Below the pieces are notes generated by a model. The model worked only from the letters and a program-made list of their open reading frames with translations. It had not been told where the DNA came from and searched no databases. A DNA stretch of 64,000 nucleotides from Octopus vulgaris (taxonomy: Eukaryota), in the NCBI GenBank assembly GCA_951406725.2, contig OX597818.1, forward strand, positions 95,790,001-95,854,000, written 5' to 3'. Made by a program: the position numbers and the translations under genes. This document shows positions 1-13,624 of this stretch, piece after piece. Each line of letters starts with the position of its first letter. The stretch's first letter is position 1.

Positions 1-149
1 CAGAACTTTTCCCACGGCGGAACAATGGTTTTTCTCTGACAGCAGTTTTACATTTTCCAGATGCCTTTTGCTAGGCCGAAATAATGTCTTCACCACTTGA
101 TCCTTTCTAACCTCTTCTACTTCACCAAAAGCTAGAATAGAGATAACAA

Positions 150-716
150 GACCACCAACTAAATCTATTGTTCACAATATTTCTATCCTTCTGGTTAATT
201 ATAAAAGCAAGAACACCTCAAGACAAAATTCAGTTGGTGATGATTCAACAAGTCCAGTCACATGGTGACGATTCAATGAGAACGAAGTCTGGCTGACCAG
301 CTAGAACCTTGGTCAGAGGGAGAATGAAGTTTATTGTCAGCAACTGTGAGACAACACCCTACAACTCTCTCTAGCTCTAATTCTGTTCTCTTATGGCATC
401 ATTCTGTCACTATCTGTTGATTACTACTCATTATTTGTACATGCCATACTATGCAAAGAAAGATTCTACTGCATCTAACTTTCTTTCGCATGCTTTTGGA
501 TTTATCATAACCTGCCTGTCAAGGCAAGGTATTGTAATGTATTGGTATGCTGCTATAATAACAAATTTTTATCGTTACAACTGCTGACTCCAACATTTCA
601 TAATATTGTTTACCAATGAATTTCTCCCTCTACAATTGGTGACCCTCGGCTTCAACTAAAAACTTTATCGTTACAATTGGTGACCCTTGACTTCAACTAA
701 AAGCTTTATCATTACA
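150..716 (+). mobile_element. Probable degraded LTR end with duplicated primer-binding-site-like motif
   Basis: TACAA-TTGGTGACCC occurs twice (about 631-645 and 672-686) in a short tandem duplication. TGGTGACCC resembles a tRNA-Trp PBS following an LTR ...ACA end. Left boundary is uncertain. Confidence 0.35.
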
Positions 717-717
717 C

Positions 718-1092
718 ATTCACTAACAGTTGTCTCAGAAACATCCTAAGCATCAGGTGGCCAGAGGGCATCTCAAATGAACAACTGTGGGGCAGGACAG
801 GACAAGCCCCAATTGAGATATATATCAAGCAATGAAAATGGGGATAGATAGGCCACATGCTATGAAAGCCTGCACCAAATGTCACCAAGCAGGCCCTTGA
901 CTGGAACCCATAGGGGAAGCGAAAAGTGAGCCAACTAAAACAGTCTTGGTGCAGGAATGTTAACCCAGAGGTGAGGGCAGCCGGAATGACGTGGGCCGAG
1001 CTGAAGAGGATCCTATGTTCCCTGAGGAATCAAGCTGAAGAGGATCCTATGTTCCCTGAGGAATCAAGAGGCCTAAGAAGAAGAAGAAGAAG
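718..1092 (+). mobile_element. RTE-clade LINE 3' end (degraded) with (GAA)n tail
   Basis: Manual translation FTNSCLRNILSIRWPEGISNEQLWGRTGQAPIEIYIKQ*KWG*IGHML*KPAPNVTKQALDWNP*GKRK matches the RTE ORF2 C-terminus pattern and has several stops. A tandem duplication of agctgaagaggatcctatgttccctgaggaatca precedes the (GAA)n tail. Confidence 0.8.
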
Positions 1093-1809
1093 GTATTTCA
1101 TATGTAATAGATATGTATTATATATGTAATAATTAAATTATATACCATGAATTTTATTGTGTTTTGTTATGTGCATGCCCTCCCAGTTGATGGTAAAGTT
1201 GTCTTGCTTGAAACTGGTTGGTGATGCAAATAAAGGTTGGGTATTGCAGCTTTATATATTTACTCTGGCTGTAATATGTTCTAAGTTTAAATCCTGCTGA
1301 GGTTGACTTTGCCATTTTTGCCCCCTAAGTTGTTAAAATAAAGTACCAGCCTAGTACTGAGGTTGATGGTAGTGACACATGCACATACCTAAAAATGACT
1401 GGCCTTTAGAAACAACTATTAAGCTAGTTTTTGAGACAAAGCATGGAATTTCGGTGAAAGATTTTAATTTAGATCATTTTAAAACAACAGTTTGTACCAT
1501 AGAACCTGTCTCAAGTTGGGTTGGTTTCAAAAGAGTTTAAGAGCTACATCCCTCAGTTCAATCCCAATCCAACAGATCTATGATCAAAGAAAGACATTTT
1601 GTTTTCTATAATCATTATTATACATAATGTGTCTAGATGTGGGATTACATAATCTGATGTATTGTACAGACTATGGAATGTGGTCCAACCCCTAGCTTTG
1701 CTGGCTCCTGTCAGGCAATCCAACCCATGCCAGCATAATGGAAAACAGACATTAAAAGATAATGATGATACATACATACATATCTACATACATACATATA
1801 TGTCTATTG

Positions 1810-2070
1810 GTGTGTGACCTGTTAGTTAGGCTGTTGCACTCATGATCACTATATTGGGGGTTCGATTCCTGATTGGGCAGTGCATTGTGTTCTTGAGCAA
1901 AACACTTTATTTCACATTGTTCCAACCCCCCATTTTGATCAGAGGAAGAATATTGGCCTGCTCAACTAGCCAGTGGGGTGGTATCATTTTAAGGCTAACG
2001 CAATGCAAAAGCACATTGTGATCAGTGATGTGTAACAACATCTGATAGCTTGGTCAGTCATGTGATCACA
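1810..2070 (+). mobile_element. tRNA-derived SINE, family C (related copies 2155-2192+2608-2910, 15540-15790, 37160-37280 minus)
   Basis: B-box-like ggttcgattcct followed by gtgttcttgagcaaaacactttatttcac, which is shared by the other copies. Confidence 0.65.
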
Positions 2071-2192
2071 TAATATACCTATATATACATACATATACAT
2101 ACATATGTACATACACATATACATATGTACATACAAATACACACACATACACACATGCATGGTTCAGTGGTTAGAATATTGGGCTCACTATC

Positions 2193-2607
2193 ACTCTTTA
2201 CTCTTTTACTCTTTTACTTGTTTCAATCATTTGACTGCAGCCATGCTGGAGCACCGCCTTTAGTCGAGCAAATCGACCCCGGGACTTATTCTTTGTAAGC
2301 CCAGTACTTATTCTAACGGTCTCTTTTGCCGAACCGCTAAGTGACGGGGACATAAACACACCAGCATCGGTTGTCAAGCAATGCTAGGGGGACAAACACA
2401 GACACACAAACACACACACATACATATATATATATACATATATACGACAGGCTTCTTTCAGTTTCCGTCTACCAAATCCACTCACAAGGCATTGGTCGGC
2501 CTGGGGCTATAGCAGAAGACACTTGCCCAAGATGCCACGCAGTGGGACTGAACCCAGAACCATGTGGTTGGTTAGCAAGCTACTTACCACACAGCCACTC
2601 CTGCGCC
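2193..2607 (-). mobile_element. tRNA-derived SINE, family A, young full-length copy nested in a family C SINE
   Basis: Minus strand reads ggcgcaggagtggctgtgtggtaag...gggttcagtcccactgcgtggc, then an internal (TA)/(TG) tract, then an AGTAAAAG-type repeated tail. Nearly identical to 26564-26998. Confidence 0.85.
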
Positions 2608-3014
2608 TCACAAAGTAGTGAGTTCAATTCCTGGACTGGGCTGTGTGTTGTGTTTTGAGTAAGACACTTTATTTCACATTGCTCCAGTTCACTCATCTGT
2701 AGAAATGTGTTGTGATATCACTGGTGCCAAGTTGTATTGGCCTTTACCTTTCCCCTGGATAACATCGGTGGCATGGAGATGGGAAGCTGGTATGCATGGG
2801 CAACTGCTAGTCTTCCACAAACAACCTTGCTCGGTCTTGTGCCTAGGAGGGTAACTTTCCAGGTGCAATTCCATGGTTGTTTGTGACTGAAGGGGGTCTT
2901 TACTCCTTATTCCTATGTGTGTGTGCATGTATGTATGTATGTATGTATGTATGTATGTATGTATGCATGTATGTTTGCATGTATGTTTGCATGTATGTTT
3001 GCATGTATGCATGC

Positions 3015-3330
3015 ACAGGGTGCAATGGGTAAATTGTTGCCATTTTATATTTTTAATTTCACACATACACATTGTTTTTGATTTTGTTGACTACGCAGTA
3101 TAGTAGGGTCAGTTGGGCACCGTCTATGAGAAAAACAGCACCTTGACATGATACACTCTGCCCGAAATTTGGAAACATGATGTACTGCTTGGCATTTGTA
3201 CCAGATTCTCCAATATGAACATTTCAGAGTGTTTGGGTGTCAGTCTGAGGACATGTACTGAGAGTAATAAAAATCAAGCATCCAGTCAACATCATGATGT
3301 TTGGAATGATCACTAGTGATGGTGACATTG
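3015..3330 (+). mobile_element. Internally deleted Tc1/mariner-superfamily (maT-like) element, same family as 57439-58110
   Basis: Shares the terminus cagggtgcaatgggtaaattgt and the KHP..I..FG.ITSDG coding fragment with the 57.4 kb copy. Confidence 0.7.
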
Positions 3331-3705
3331 TCATCATCGTTGTTGTCACCGTAGTTGTAGTTGTTGTCCTACTCGTCCTCCTCCTCATCATGGTTTTAAT
3401 GTCAACATTTTCATGCTTGCATGGGTCAGACAGAATTTATTGAAGCAGATGCCTATCCTGTCATCAGTTCTTACCTGCTTCCATGTAAGGTAATATTTCC
3501 CCATGGCTGGATATGCCTTCATAGAAGATGAGAAATAAAAAGCACAGCTTGTACGAAAGTGATGTTTGTTGAATGATGTTAAAGCAAAGAGACAAAAATG
3601 TAGCTTTGTGGTAAGAAGCTTGCTTCCCAACCACATGGTTCCGGGTTTAGTCCCAATGCATGGCATTTTGGGCAAGTGTCTTTTACTATAATATGTGTAT
3701 GTATA

Positions 3706-3740
<35 letters not shown>

Positions 3741-3743
3741 ATA

Positions 3744-3781
<38 letters not shown>

Positions 3782-5752
3782 CACATAGACATGTATAGGA
3801 ATACTTATATATGTATGTTTAAATGTAGGTATGTCTTTTTGTATTGAATATATAAACATACATTTACACAAACTTATTAATTTATGCTACTAAACCCATT
3901 TGCACAAATCACATACACATACGCACAGTCACATGCATGCACATACACACACATGCACTCACACACACACACAAACATACATGCATGTACACTCACACAC
4001 ACACACATTCATTGAAATTTAAAATCTACTTAAATTAAGCAGTTGTTCCTTTTCAATTAGCCCCTCCTCTCCACTATCCACTCAAACACTAAATCCACCA
4101 AGATCACTGTCACCCTGATTATTGTTATCATGAACTCCAGGACTACTCCACCACTTTCAATATCCCCACCAACTTCTCTACCATCATTGTCAACATTATC
4201 AGCTTCCTTCTTTGCCCTGTTCCCTCTACTTATTGTTTGTGGGATTATAGAAGTGTGACACAGAGGCTAGAGAACTGAATAATGATAGTAGTAACGGTGG
4301 TGGTGGTGGTGGTGACAAGGATGATGGTGATTGTGGTGATGGCCGTGGTAGTGGTGAGGATGTTGGTGGTGATGAGGATATTGGTATTGGGTGGGATGGT
4401 GATGATGGTGGCACTGGCAGCAGCAGCAGCAGTGGTGGTGACAGTGGTGGTGGTAGTGGTGTGACATTATAGTCAGGGAAGGATCTGTGTTGAAGTAGTG
4501 AAGTATATGAGATAGGTGACAATTAGTTCAGTTATTGTTCAATTAACACCAATTAGGAAGTAAAGCATTTCACACTATGTCATTACACATCTTTACTGCT
4601 GACACCAACTGAAGAGCTTGGCAAATGCACTGTAGCAGCTTAAACCTGCATTATATTACTGCACTTCAAATAGCCGAGAGCAATAACAACAACAACAAAA
4701 ATAACTGCACAAATGCAACATTGTTGCTGATATTTCTTGCTTAAAATGTGTGCATCTGCACTTTGACAACTAAAATTAGACAGCTGCACCTGGGAATAAT
4801 GGCAACAATGGGAAGACTTCTGTGATTCTTACATCAATACTGTCTAAAGAATTATGGTGAATTCCTGGCACATTGACTTATATGAGTTCCTTCGGTGAGC
4901 ACGGCAACAGAACATTTTCAATGATGATGACAACACCAGCAACTACAAACAGAACTACAACAACAACAACAACAATAATTTAAACCTCACCTGTTTAATC
5001 ACAATTTCAGTAAAAACAGCTCTTATAAGAAAATTTTTTTTGCAAAACTGCATATTGAGTGGCAAAAACAGCAAATGTTTGCATTGTTATAACTTTAGCA
5101 GCAGCAGCAGCAGCTGAAACAACAACAGCAGCAACATAAATCTCACCAGTTTAAATGAGTTTTATTAGAATCTGAGTAACAACATTTCTTATAAAAAAAT
5201 CCTGCAAAACTGCATATCAAATGGCAAAAAATAACAAATGGTTGCATTGTCTCAACATCATCAACAACAACAGCAACAAGAGATGTAGATGTACACAGAC
5301 TTCGACTCCACATCTTGAGTGATAAAAGCTGAAATCCAAAATATCTCTTAGTTAAAACCAAATGTTCTGCATCTTCAGTGATAAGTTCTTCTTTGTTGAC
5401 AAACTTTGCGGTGAAAATGTCTCAAATGCAACTTGATCGGCAATAGTAAGAGTAGAGTACTGCCTCTGTCCTAAACTGCAAAATTGCAACTTGAGTATAA
5501 TTAAGTATTTGATTGGCTACTTCTTAGTTTTGTTTTGTCAACCACCTTAAACTTGAGTGACAACAACTGCAACAGAAATTGCAACAGACCTACTGCAAAC
5601 TTAGAGCAAACAAGGTAAATTGTTATTCCAAGTTCACATTCTTCGAAAAAGCATAACTTCTGTGTCTTTTTTTTTTGCATTGTGTCATAATAATAATAAT
5701 AATAATAATAATGATAATAATAATAATAATAACAATAATAATAATAATAATG

Positions 5753-5786
<34 letters not shown>

Positions 5787-5805
5787 TAATAATGATAATA
5801 ATATT

Positions 5806-6281
5806 TGTCTTGGTATAAAAGATGGGCTACAGCAAATATTCTGCTCAATACCACAGATTTGCTTGTCAGTTGTTTGACCTTAACCAGTTGAGCATGTCCC
5901 TTAGTGGCTGACGATATGTGCATCTCTGATCACGAGCAGAAGTAGTGGGGGAGCATCATAGCCATGTGTTGAGAGGGATTCTTTGGGGTTTGAATAATTC
6001 ACCTCTGGAAACATGGGTGGTTCTTTCAACATCCTTAAACAACCCTTATTCAGAGACCTTTTGAGCGGGATGGGCTACTCAACCTGAAGAAAATTCTAAC
6101 TGGGCCCCACCTGCAAGGTCATGTGCTGTTTATCTTGATATGAGATCACCATGTCGTGCACATATGGTTGTGATGCATGTGCCTGGTGTACCTTTATCAG
6201 ACGGGTAGTCATGATGGGCATATTGGGCTTCGTATATTTTACCCCAGTGTCACTTTGATGGCATGCACTGCTCTCTCACTC
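5806..6281 (+). mobile_element. Complex-sequence insert embedded in (AAT)n; probable 3' UTR of a TAA-targeting non-LTR element or derived SINE
   Basis: About 470 bp of higher-GC sequence flanked on both sides by long (AAT)n tracts. No ORF recognised. Confidence 0.5.
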
Positions 6282-7075
6282 AATAATAATAATAATAACA
6301 ATAATAATAATAATAATAATAATAATCATCATCATCATCATCAACATCACTACCACAACTACCATGACCATCTTCATCATCATCATTGTCATTGTCATCA
6401 TCACCATTGTCATTGTCATTACCATCATTAACCCCCCCCCCACCATAATCTTCATCATCATTAACACATCCACATGTGTGTCCCTGAGTGTGTGAGTGTA
6501 TACATGCATGCACATATACACACACTCACACTTAAGCATATATGTATACACAAAACGTCACTGCCACCATCTTCACCATCTTCTCCACCACCACCTCCAC
6601 CTCCACCACCACCACCACCATCATCATGATCATTATTAAAACCACAACAGGTGTATGCCTGAGTGTGGTGTATACATATGCTCACACGCACACACACATG
6701 CACACACACATGTATATGTATATACAAATGAGTGTTTTCTATACAAATATGTACATGTATTGAAATTTCAGTCTATAACCTCAACTTTTCTGCTTCTATA
6801 CACACTACATTTTGACATTTATAATTTTTTACTGTCTTTACATGTCATATCACTTTATTTGTATGCCTGTGTGTGTGATCATCATCATCATCATCATCAT
6901 CATGATTGTTTAACATCCGCTTTCCATGCTGGCATGGGTTGGACAGTTTGAGTGAGAACTGGCAAGCAAGTAGGCTGCACCAGGTACCAATCTGATCTGG
7001 CAAGGTTTCTACCGCTGGATCCCCTTCCTAATGTCAACTACTCCAAGAGTGTAGTGGGTGCTTTTTACATGTCTG

Positions 7076-7290
7076 GTTTCATGTTAAGAGAGATATATGC
7101 CTTGACAATAAACAAGCCTGTTGCATGGGACGGTGTTCATCTCCATCTTCAATGAGAGACAAACACCAGCTTCTCATGCAACAGAGTTAGTTATTGTTAA
7201 GACATATATCTCTCTTGACATGAAACTACTGGTAGCCAGGTTAACCCATGAATAATGAATATTTATACATCAAGCAGTGTTGGGCACTAA
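7076..7290 (+). repeat. Imperfect fold-back (arms about 7076-7135 and 7165-7226) plus short tail; probable PLE pseudo-LTR remnant
   Basis: gtttcatgttaagagagatatatgccttgacaataa is reverse-complementary to ttattgttaagacatatatctctcttgacatgaaac. It is followed by GAAAC-tactg-GTA, the 3' half of a hammerhead motif. Confidence 0.6.
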
Positions 7291-7311
7291 TCCTCACAGT
7301 ATATCTGTGTA

Positions 7312-7360
<49 letters not shown>

Positions 7361-7820
7361 TCACAGGTACACACACACACTTGGGGTGATTATCAAATGA
7401 GAATCTTCTAATATCCAACTTCATATGTGTGTGTGTGTATGTCTGTGTGTGGGCATTTATATATATATATGTATATGTATATATGTATCTGTCCTTCTTC
7501 TGTCTCCAGTCTAACAGGACATTTTCATTTTCCTTTGCACTACCCCATGCCAGTCTGTCTTGCGGAAGCAGGGCTTTTTTTTTGCTTTGTATGTATGATT
7601 TATTTTGTCGTGTTTGTTTCCATCATTGTCCTGTACATTCATTAACTATTCCCAGTGGCCTTTTGCCACTGGCACTACCAAGAGTGAACAATATCAACAT
7701 TAAAGGTGCAAAATTGTAATGATCTTTTGGATATTGACTGATGAGGAATAAGCTATGAATTTTCTGTTTGTTATGCTTTTCTAATATTTCCATTTGTTGT
7801 GATTCTGTTATAAATTTTTG

Positions 7821-7876
<56 letters not shown>

Positions 7877-7910
7877 ATGTATGTATATATGTATATGCAT
7901 ATATATGTGC

Positions 7911-7958
<48 letters not shown>

Positions 7959-8009
7959 GTATATACGTATATATATATGTATATGTATATATACATACAT
8001 ATATATATG

Positions 8010-8057
<48 letters not shown>

Positions 8058-8103
8058 CATACACACTCATATATATGTATGTATATAACACATATATATT
8101 ATA

Positions 8104-8402
8104 CTAGCAGTATCACCCGGCATTGCTCAGGTTTGTAAGGGAAATAACTATATAAGCATTTTTAGAGAGTTACTTCCTTTATATAATAGCAAAAAAATGC
8201 ATTAAATATGGAAAAAAATGATGGTAAATTTTTTTTTAAATCGTAGACTCATCGTAGACGCGCGCTAATACCCAGAAGGGCTTGATATGAATCACGACTA
8301 TAAGATAGCCGCTTTTGGTTAAACTGCACCGCAAAATGTGGGAGTAGTTAGGAATCTAAATTGTAGGAGACAGACACACAACTTCACTTTTATATATAAA
8401 GA
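8104..8402 (-). mobile_element. Non-autonomous Helitron
   Basis: Minus strand has 5' TC, 3' CTAG, a subterminal hairpin (CpG-decayed version of cccg..cggg) and sits at A|T in a (TA)n tract. The 3' end is shared with 34754-35123. Confidence 0.75.
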
Positions 8403-9344
8403 TATACAAACATACATCTTTCTTTCTCCCCTCTCTTTCTATCTATCTATATATATGTGTGTGTATATATATATAAATGCATCATACATAAAAACGCTCT
8501 CGTTCAACTGTGCCTGTGTGATTAAGTGTCTGTTTATGAAAGATTTGTTTGCTTTCTTTTAAGGCATCATTGTAGAGGCACCATTGTTAGTTTGTATATA
8601 ATTGTGGTTGTAGTAATATAGTTAGGGTCATGGTGATGGTTATAGTGGTTGCAGTGGTGGTGGTGGTCGTCGTGATGTGTGGTGGTGGTGATGGTGGTGG
8701 TGTTGGTGATGGTGTCAGTGTCAATAAAAGCTTTCAGTATTTAGAAGATAATCTGAAATTAATTTTATCCGTAAGTACTTAAGTTAAGAAACTGATTATT
8801 TCAGTTAATTGTTTACCAGCAGGAGTGGGTTGTCATAGTGTTGGTCATGTTAGGTAGCTAATGGTAAGTAGTGGATGACAAATGACATCGGAGCTGGAAG
8901 CTGTTTTAAGGTTATCACACTGAATAATGACAGCTAACAGTGTAGAGTTTAGATGTAACTACTGTTGAAGTGAAGATGTAAGGTTCTCTTATAGGAGATA
9001 CCAGTGAAGAAGAACACCAAGGAATACAGATTAATATTTACAGATTTATTTGCCCACAGTTGTTAGTAAGACAGCAATAATTATACATAGTTGACAGTGA
9101 CAAAGCTTCGCCTGCTTGTTGGTAGTTGGTAGTGTATATGTTGTGTTCTGCTGGTAGAGAGAGAAAGAGTAAGGATTGCATTCTGTAGACAGAGAGGAAG
9201 AAAGGATAAAGGTAGCATTGTCCCTTTCTGATTCTGGCTGAAAGCTGCTCTTTGTATGCCAACTGAAGAATGAAGAGAGGTGTTGCTCTTAGTTGGCTTT
9301 GCTTTCCATAATGGAGGTCTCTTGTCGATGTCAGTAAACATGAT

Positions 9345-9890
9345 CAACAGCTCCTGTATGTCCACAATTTGATCTTTGGATGTAAATTCCTAATTGACAT
9401 AGGAGCAGAAGTCAGTGTGATCCCAGCATCAGCAAGGAACCTCTGCTATGGAAAGCAAGGCCAACCTTCAATGGCCACCAATGGCTCCACAAGCAAGATG
9501 TACAGTTGCTGCATTCTTTCGCTTCACATCAGCTCATAAACATACACATGGGCATTCACCATTGCTGATGTCCATCAGCCCTTTATTGGAGCAGACTTTC
9601 TTCAGGCACATTCACTGCTGGTTGATCTTCATGGGAGAGGATTCGTCAACAGAAACACATATGCTTCCATTTCTCTTGCAGCATCTGTACATGCTGCCCA
9701 CCACATAGCAAGTCTCTCAGACTGAGAACAAATTCTTGAATCTCCTTGTGAGCCACCCGAATCTCACTACCCTGACATTTTCCAAACATACAACCTACCA
9801 CAGAGTGATGCATCACATCCTTACCAGTGGCCCATGCCACTGTGCACAGCCGTGTGCATCGGCTATTACCAGACAAACTAGCTATGAAAC
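9345..9890 (+). pseudogene. Gypsy LTR-retrotransposon aspartic protease region (pol fragment)
   Basis: Manual translation LLYVHNLIFGCKFLIDIGAEVSVIP...ATNGS...*TYTWAFTIADVHQPFIGADFLQAHSLLVDL, then after frameshifts HHILTSGP and HRLLPDKL. Contains D(T/S)GA-like and GADFL protease motifs. Confidence 0.85.
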
Positions 9891-9945
9891 ATATGTGACC
9901 TGGATTTTATCTACTCCATTTCTTAATCTTTGGATGCTTAAGTGA

Positions 9946-10425
9946 AATCGAAATCGAAACCAAATTCGATGACTAGCATCCATGCTAGTGGGGTGATAAG
10001 AGTACCATACAAGTGAGATTGTTGCCAGAGCAACAAGCTGGCCTCCATGGCATGTAAAAAGCACCATTCGAGTGTGATCATTACTTGCGTCACCTTACTG
10101 GCACTTGTGCTGGTGGCAAGGGAAAAAAACATTCGAGCGAGGTCGTTGCCAGTGCCGCTGGACTGGCTTCTGTGCAGGTGGCACATAATAAGCCCCATTT
10201 GAGCGTAGCCGTTGCTAGTACTACCTGACTGACCCTCGTGCCAGTGGCACGTAAAAGCACCCACTACACTCAGGGAGTGGTTGGCATTAGGAAGGGCATC
10301 CAGCTGTAGAAACTCTGCCAGATCAGATTGGAGTCTGGTGCAGCCATCTGGTTCACCAGATCTCAGTCAAATCATCCAACCCATGCTAGCATGGAAAGTA
10401 GACTTTAAATGATGATGATGATGAA
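9946..10425 (+). mobile_element. Repeat family with (GAT)n tail and internal ggcacgtaaaagcacc subrepeats (other copies about 6880-7070, 10625-10835, 11200-11550, 17165-17365, 49078-49560, 55600-55880)
   Basis: Shared block gtggttggcattaggaagggcatccagctgtagaaac...ccaacccatgctagcatggaaag followed by (GAT)n. Probably a SINE or LINE 3' end. Confidence 0.75.
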
Positions 10426-10793
10426 CAACCTTGTTGCTAACCAAGAACTATGAAATTAACTTATTGCAGATTATCATACTTCGATACAGGAAAAATTTAC
10501 AACTTTCTGCACCAATAAAGCACTATTGTTCCTGAAAGTTGTTTTTTATATCTTCTACGGATTGCTTGAAGCTTACTTACTTCCTACAACTAGGTCCTTA
10601 CATCTTACCTTTACATGGTCCTCATGCTGGTGGCACATAAAAAGTACCCACTACACTCTCGTTATGAAGGGCATCCAGCTGTAGAAACCTTGCCAGCTCA
10701 GATTGGAGCCTGGTGCAGCCTTCTGGCTTGCCAGTCCTGTCAAACCCATGCCAGCATGGAAAGCAGATGTTAAACGATGATGATGATGATGAC

Positions 10794-10835
<42 letters not shown>

Positions 10836-12033
10836 ATATGCTCCTGAACCAGTTGTTAAGTCAAACCTGTGAGGGACCAATGCTAGACATGCTGAAACAA
10901 TTGTTGTGGTTAACAAAAATTCTTGTATATCACATCTTCTGTCTTTCATTTACCATGTACATATATATAGCCTGTACTCCTTAACATATTTTCGTATTCC
11001 TTGAGTCCTGAGCATTTCCTCATGTCTGCAATGTAGATATTTTAAAATTTTGTATTAATATAGAGTCTTATGAGCTGTCCACAAAGCTAATGCATTATGG
11101 GTGCAAAATCCTGGGTAACTCTATGTCTAAGATATAAAATTTTGCTTTAGTAATTACTGCTCTATATTTTTAGAGTGTGCTTCTTTCTGATATCATCTAG
11201 CATTTTCACCTAGCATTTTCCATGCTAGCTTGGGTTGGACGGTTCGACCAGGGTCTGGAAGCCATGGAGGCTGTACCAGGCTCTAGTCTGATTTGGCAGT
11301 GTTTGTACAGCTGGATGCCCTTCCTAACACCAACCACTCATTGAGTGTAGTGAGTGTTTTTTACGTGCCACCAGCACAGGGGCCAGAGCTGGCTGGCAAA
11401 CGGCCACGATCGGTTGGTGCTTTTACATGTCACCAACACGGACGCCAGTCAGGTGGCGCTGGCATCTGCCACATTCAGACGGTGCTTTTTGTGTGTCATT
11501 GGCACGGGTGTCTTAACTACAATTTCCATTTGAATTTTTATTTTGATGCTATATGTTTTTTTATTAACTAAATATATATGTTATATGTATCCATATATCA
11601 TCTGAGAGCACATAAGGGTACCCATAAATATCCAGTCATATGTGACATAGAATACAGTAAAATATATAGTTAAAGCTATATAACCTAATTTTATAACATT
11701 TCCTCCTTCAGGACATTAACTGTCTCAAATGGTGAACACATTAGGTCAATACAAGAGAAAGGACAACAGATGGTAGAATTGGTAGAGTGCTGGACAAAAT
11801 ATTGTGTAGTTTCAAGTTACATCTCCTTTACATTCAGAGTTCAAAACCACACAGATTGATTTTTTTGCTTTTCTTTCCTCTACTCTTCTGTATTGGGGTC
11901 AAATCCAACAATCTATTTATCTTCATCGAAAATCTGTGGCCTTATGCCAATATTGGAAATTATTATTGGTCAATAATATACTGTTATTTTGAGTGTGGGT
12001 GTATGTATTTTGATATGCAGAGATATAATCTAC

Positions 12034-12124
<91 letters not shown>

Positions 12125-12307
12125 AATCAATCTATCTATCCTATCTATATACGTATGAATTTATGTCTGTATATATATATTTATACTTACACACACACAC
12201 ACACACATAAGTATATACACATGCGCATAAATACATATATACAAATATAAGTACATACATGTATATGAATATACTTATATATAAATATATGTACATACAT
12301 ATATGTT

Positions 12308-12354
<47 letters not shown>

Positions 12355-12357
<3 letters not shown>

Positions 12358-13165
12358 CTGAAATGTACAGTATTATATATCTATCACAGTTGATCTTACC
12401 AATCAGTTTCATGCAAGGAACACAATGGAGTATTAGGTAACAGTCTAATTATATAACCTTTCGCTCATCAGAGTTAGCTGATATGGAAGGGAATATGGCG
12501 ACGGCTCCCTATTGTTGAAGGTAGATTAACACATCTGGTTTGTGGCTGCTGTAAAAAAGGTGGTGAAATGAAAAAGTGCCAGGAGATTAGGTTAGGGGCT
12601 ATGTCCCTTGGTTGGATACAATGTAAGGCTGGTAAAAGTTATCCTGAAGTGTTTGTGGGGAAAGTGTGTGTTATTAAGTATGGTGCTCCTGAGGGGATGG
12701 GGTGTGTGATATGTGTAGTGGTATCAAATGCATAACTTTTTCTAGGGGTGTAGGTATAAATAGTTGTGTTCGTTGGTCTGTTTTCTTTCTGTATTGGTTA
12801 AGGTTGTGGGAGTTTTTATGCTAGCATGTGGTGTGTAATGTATGGAGTCTATATATATGTGGTGGTGGTGGGAGACAGTCTATTTTATGGTGTGTCCACC
12901 TTGTAGGGGTGTGTGTGTGTGTACATGGGTGCATTGGTATGTATTCAGTTCAAACACTTTGCTAGGCCCAAGAGTATTGGTGGAAGGTCAAGGCTGAGGA
13001 CCTGTGGTTGCAGTCATGATGGAGTGTGCAGGTACGATAGGATGTACATCCTTTCAAGTGGGCAAGGACTAAACACTTCACTCCAGCTATTCAAGTAAAT
13101 ATCTGGACGTTGGGTACCCTTTAATATTGCTGTCTTCTTTACCAGGCACTTTCTGCTGCTATGTG
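12355..13165 (-). mobile_element. Degraded Penelope-like element 3' end (endonuclease C-terminus plus 3' UTR with hammerhead)
   Basis: Minus-strand HSSRKCLVKKTAILKGTQRPDIYLNSWSEVFSPCPLERMYIL resembles the PLE GIY-YIG C-terminal pattern CL.EK..IL...LN.RSE..S.C.H. Hammerhead motif at 12388-12480. Ends in (TA)n. Confidence 0.6.
12388..12480 (-). ncRNA. Degenerate type I hammerhead ribozyme motif
   Basis: Minus: cagctaact CTGATGA gcgaaagg...ccttgcat GAAAC tgattg GTA agatcaactg. Core intact, stems I and II eroded. Confidence 0.5.
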
Positions 13166-13199
13166 TGTGTGTGTATTTACACACACACACACACAAGTA

Positions 13200-13273
<74 letters not shown>

Positions 13274-13457
13274 GTGTGTGTGTGTAAATACACACACACA
13301 CATAGCAGCAGGAAGTGCCTGGTAAAGAAGACAGCAATATTAAAGGGTACCCAACGTCCAGATATTTACTTGAATAGCTGGAGTGAAGTGTTTAGTCCTT
13401 GCCCACTTGAAAGGATGTACATCCTATAGTACCTGCACACTCCATCATGACTGCAAC
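13007..13457. repeat. Near-perfect palindrome centred on (TA)n
   Basis: 13007-13196 is the reverse complement of 13270-13457. I see 2 substitutions in the non-microsatellite part. The ORF track shows mirror ORFs 13014..13337(-) and 13127..13429(+). Confidence 0.95.
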
Positions 13458-13573
13458 ACACACACATAAATAGATAATGAGGGTGTGGTTGTTACTTTCT
13501 GTTTCTTATCACCACATTCTCCCTCTTTCCCACTCTCTTACTATTGTGCATATATATATATATGTGTGTGTGC

Positions 13574-13624
<51 letters not shown>

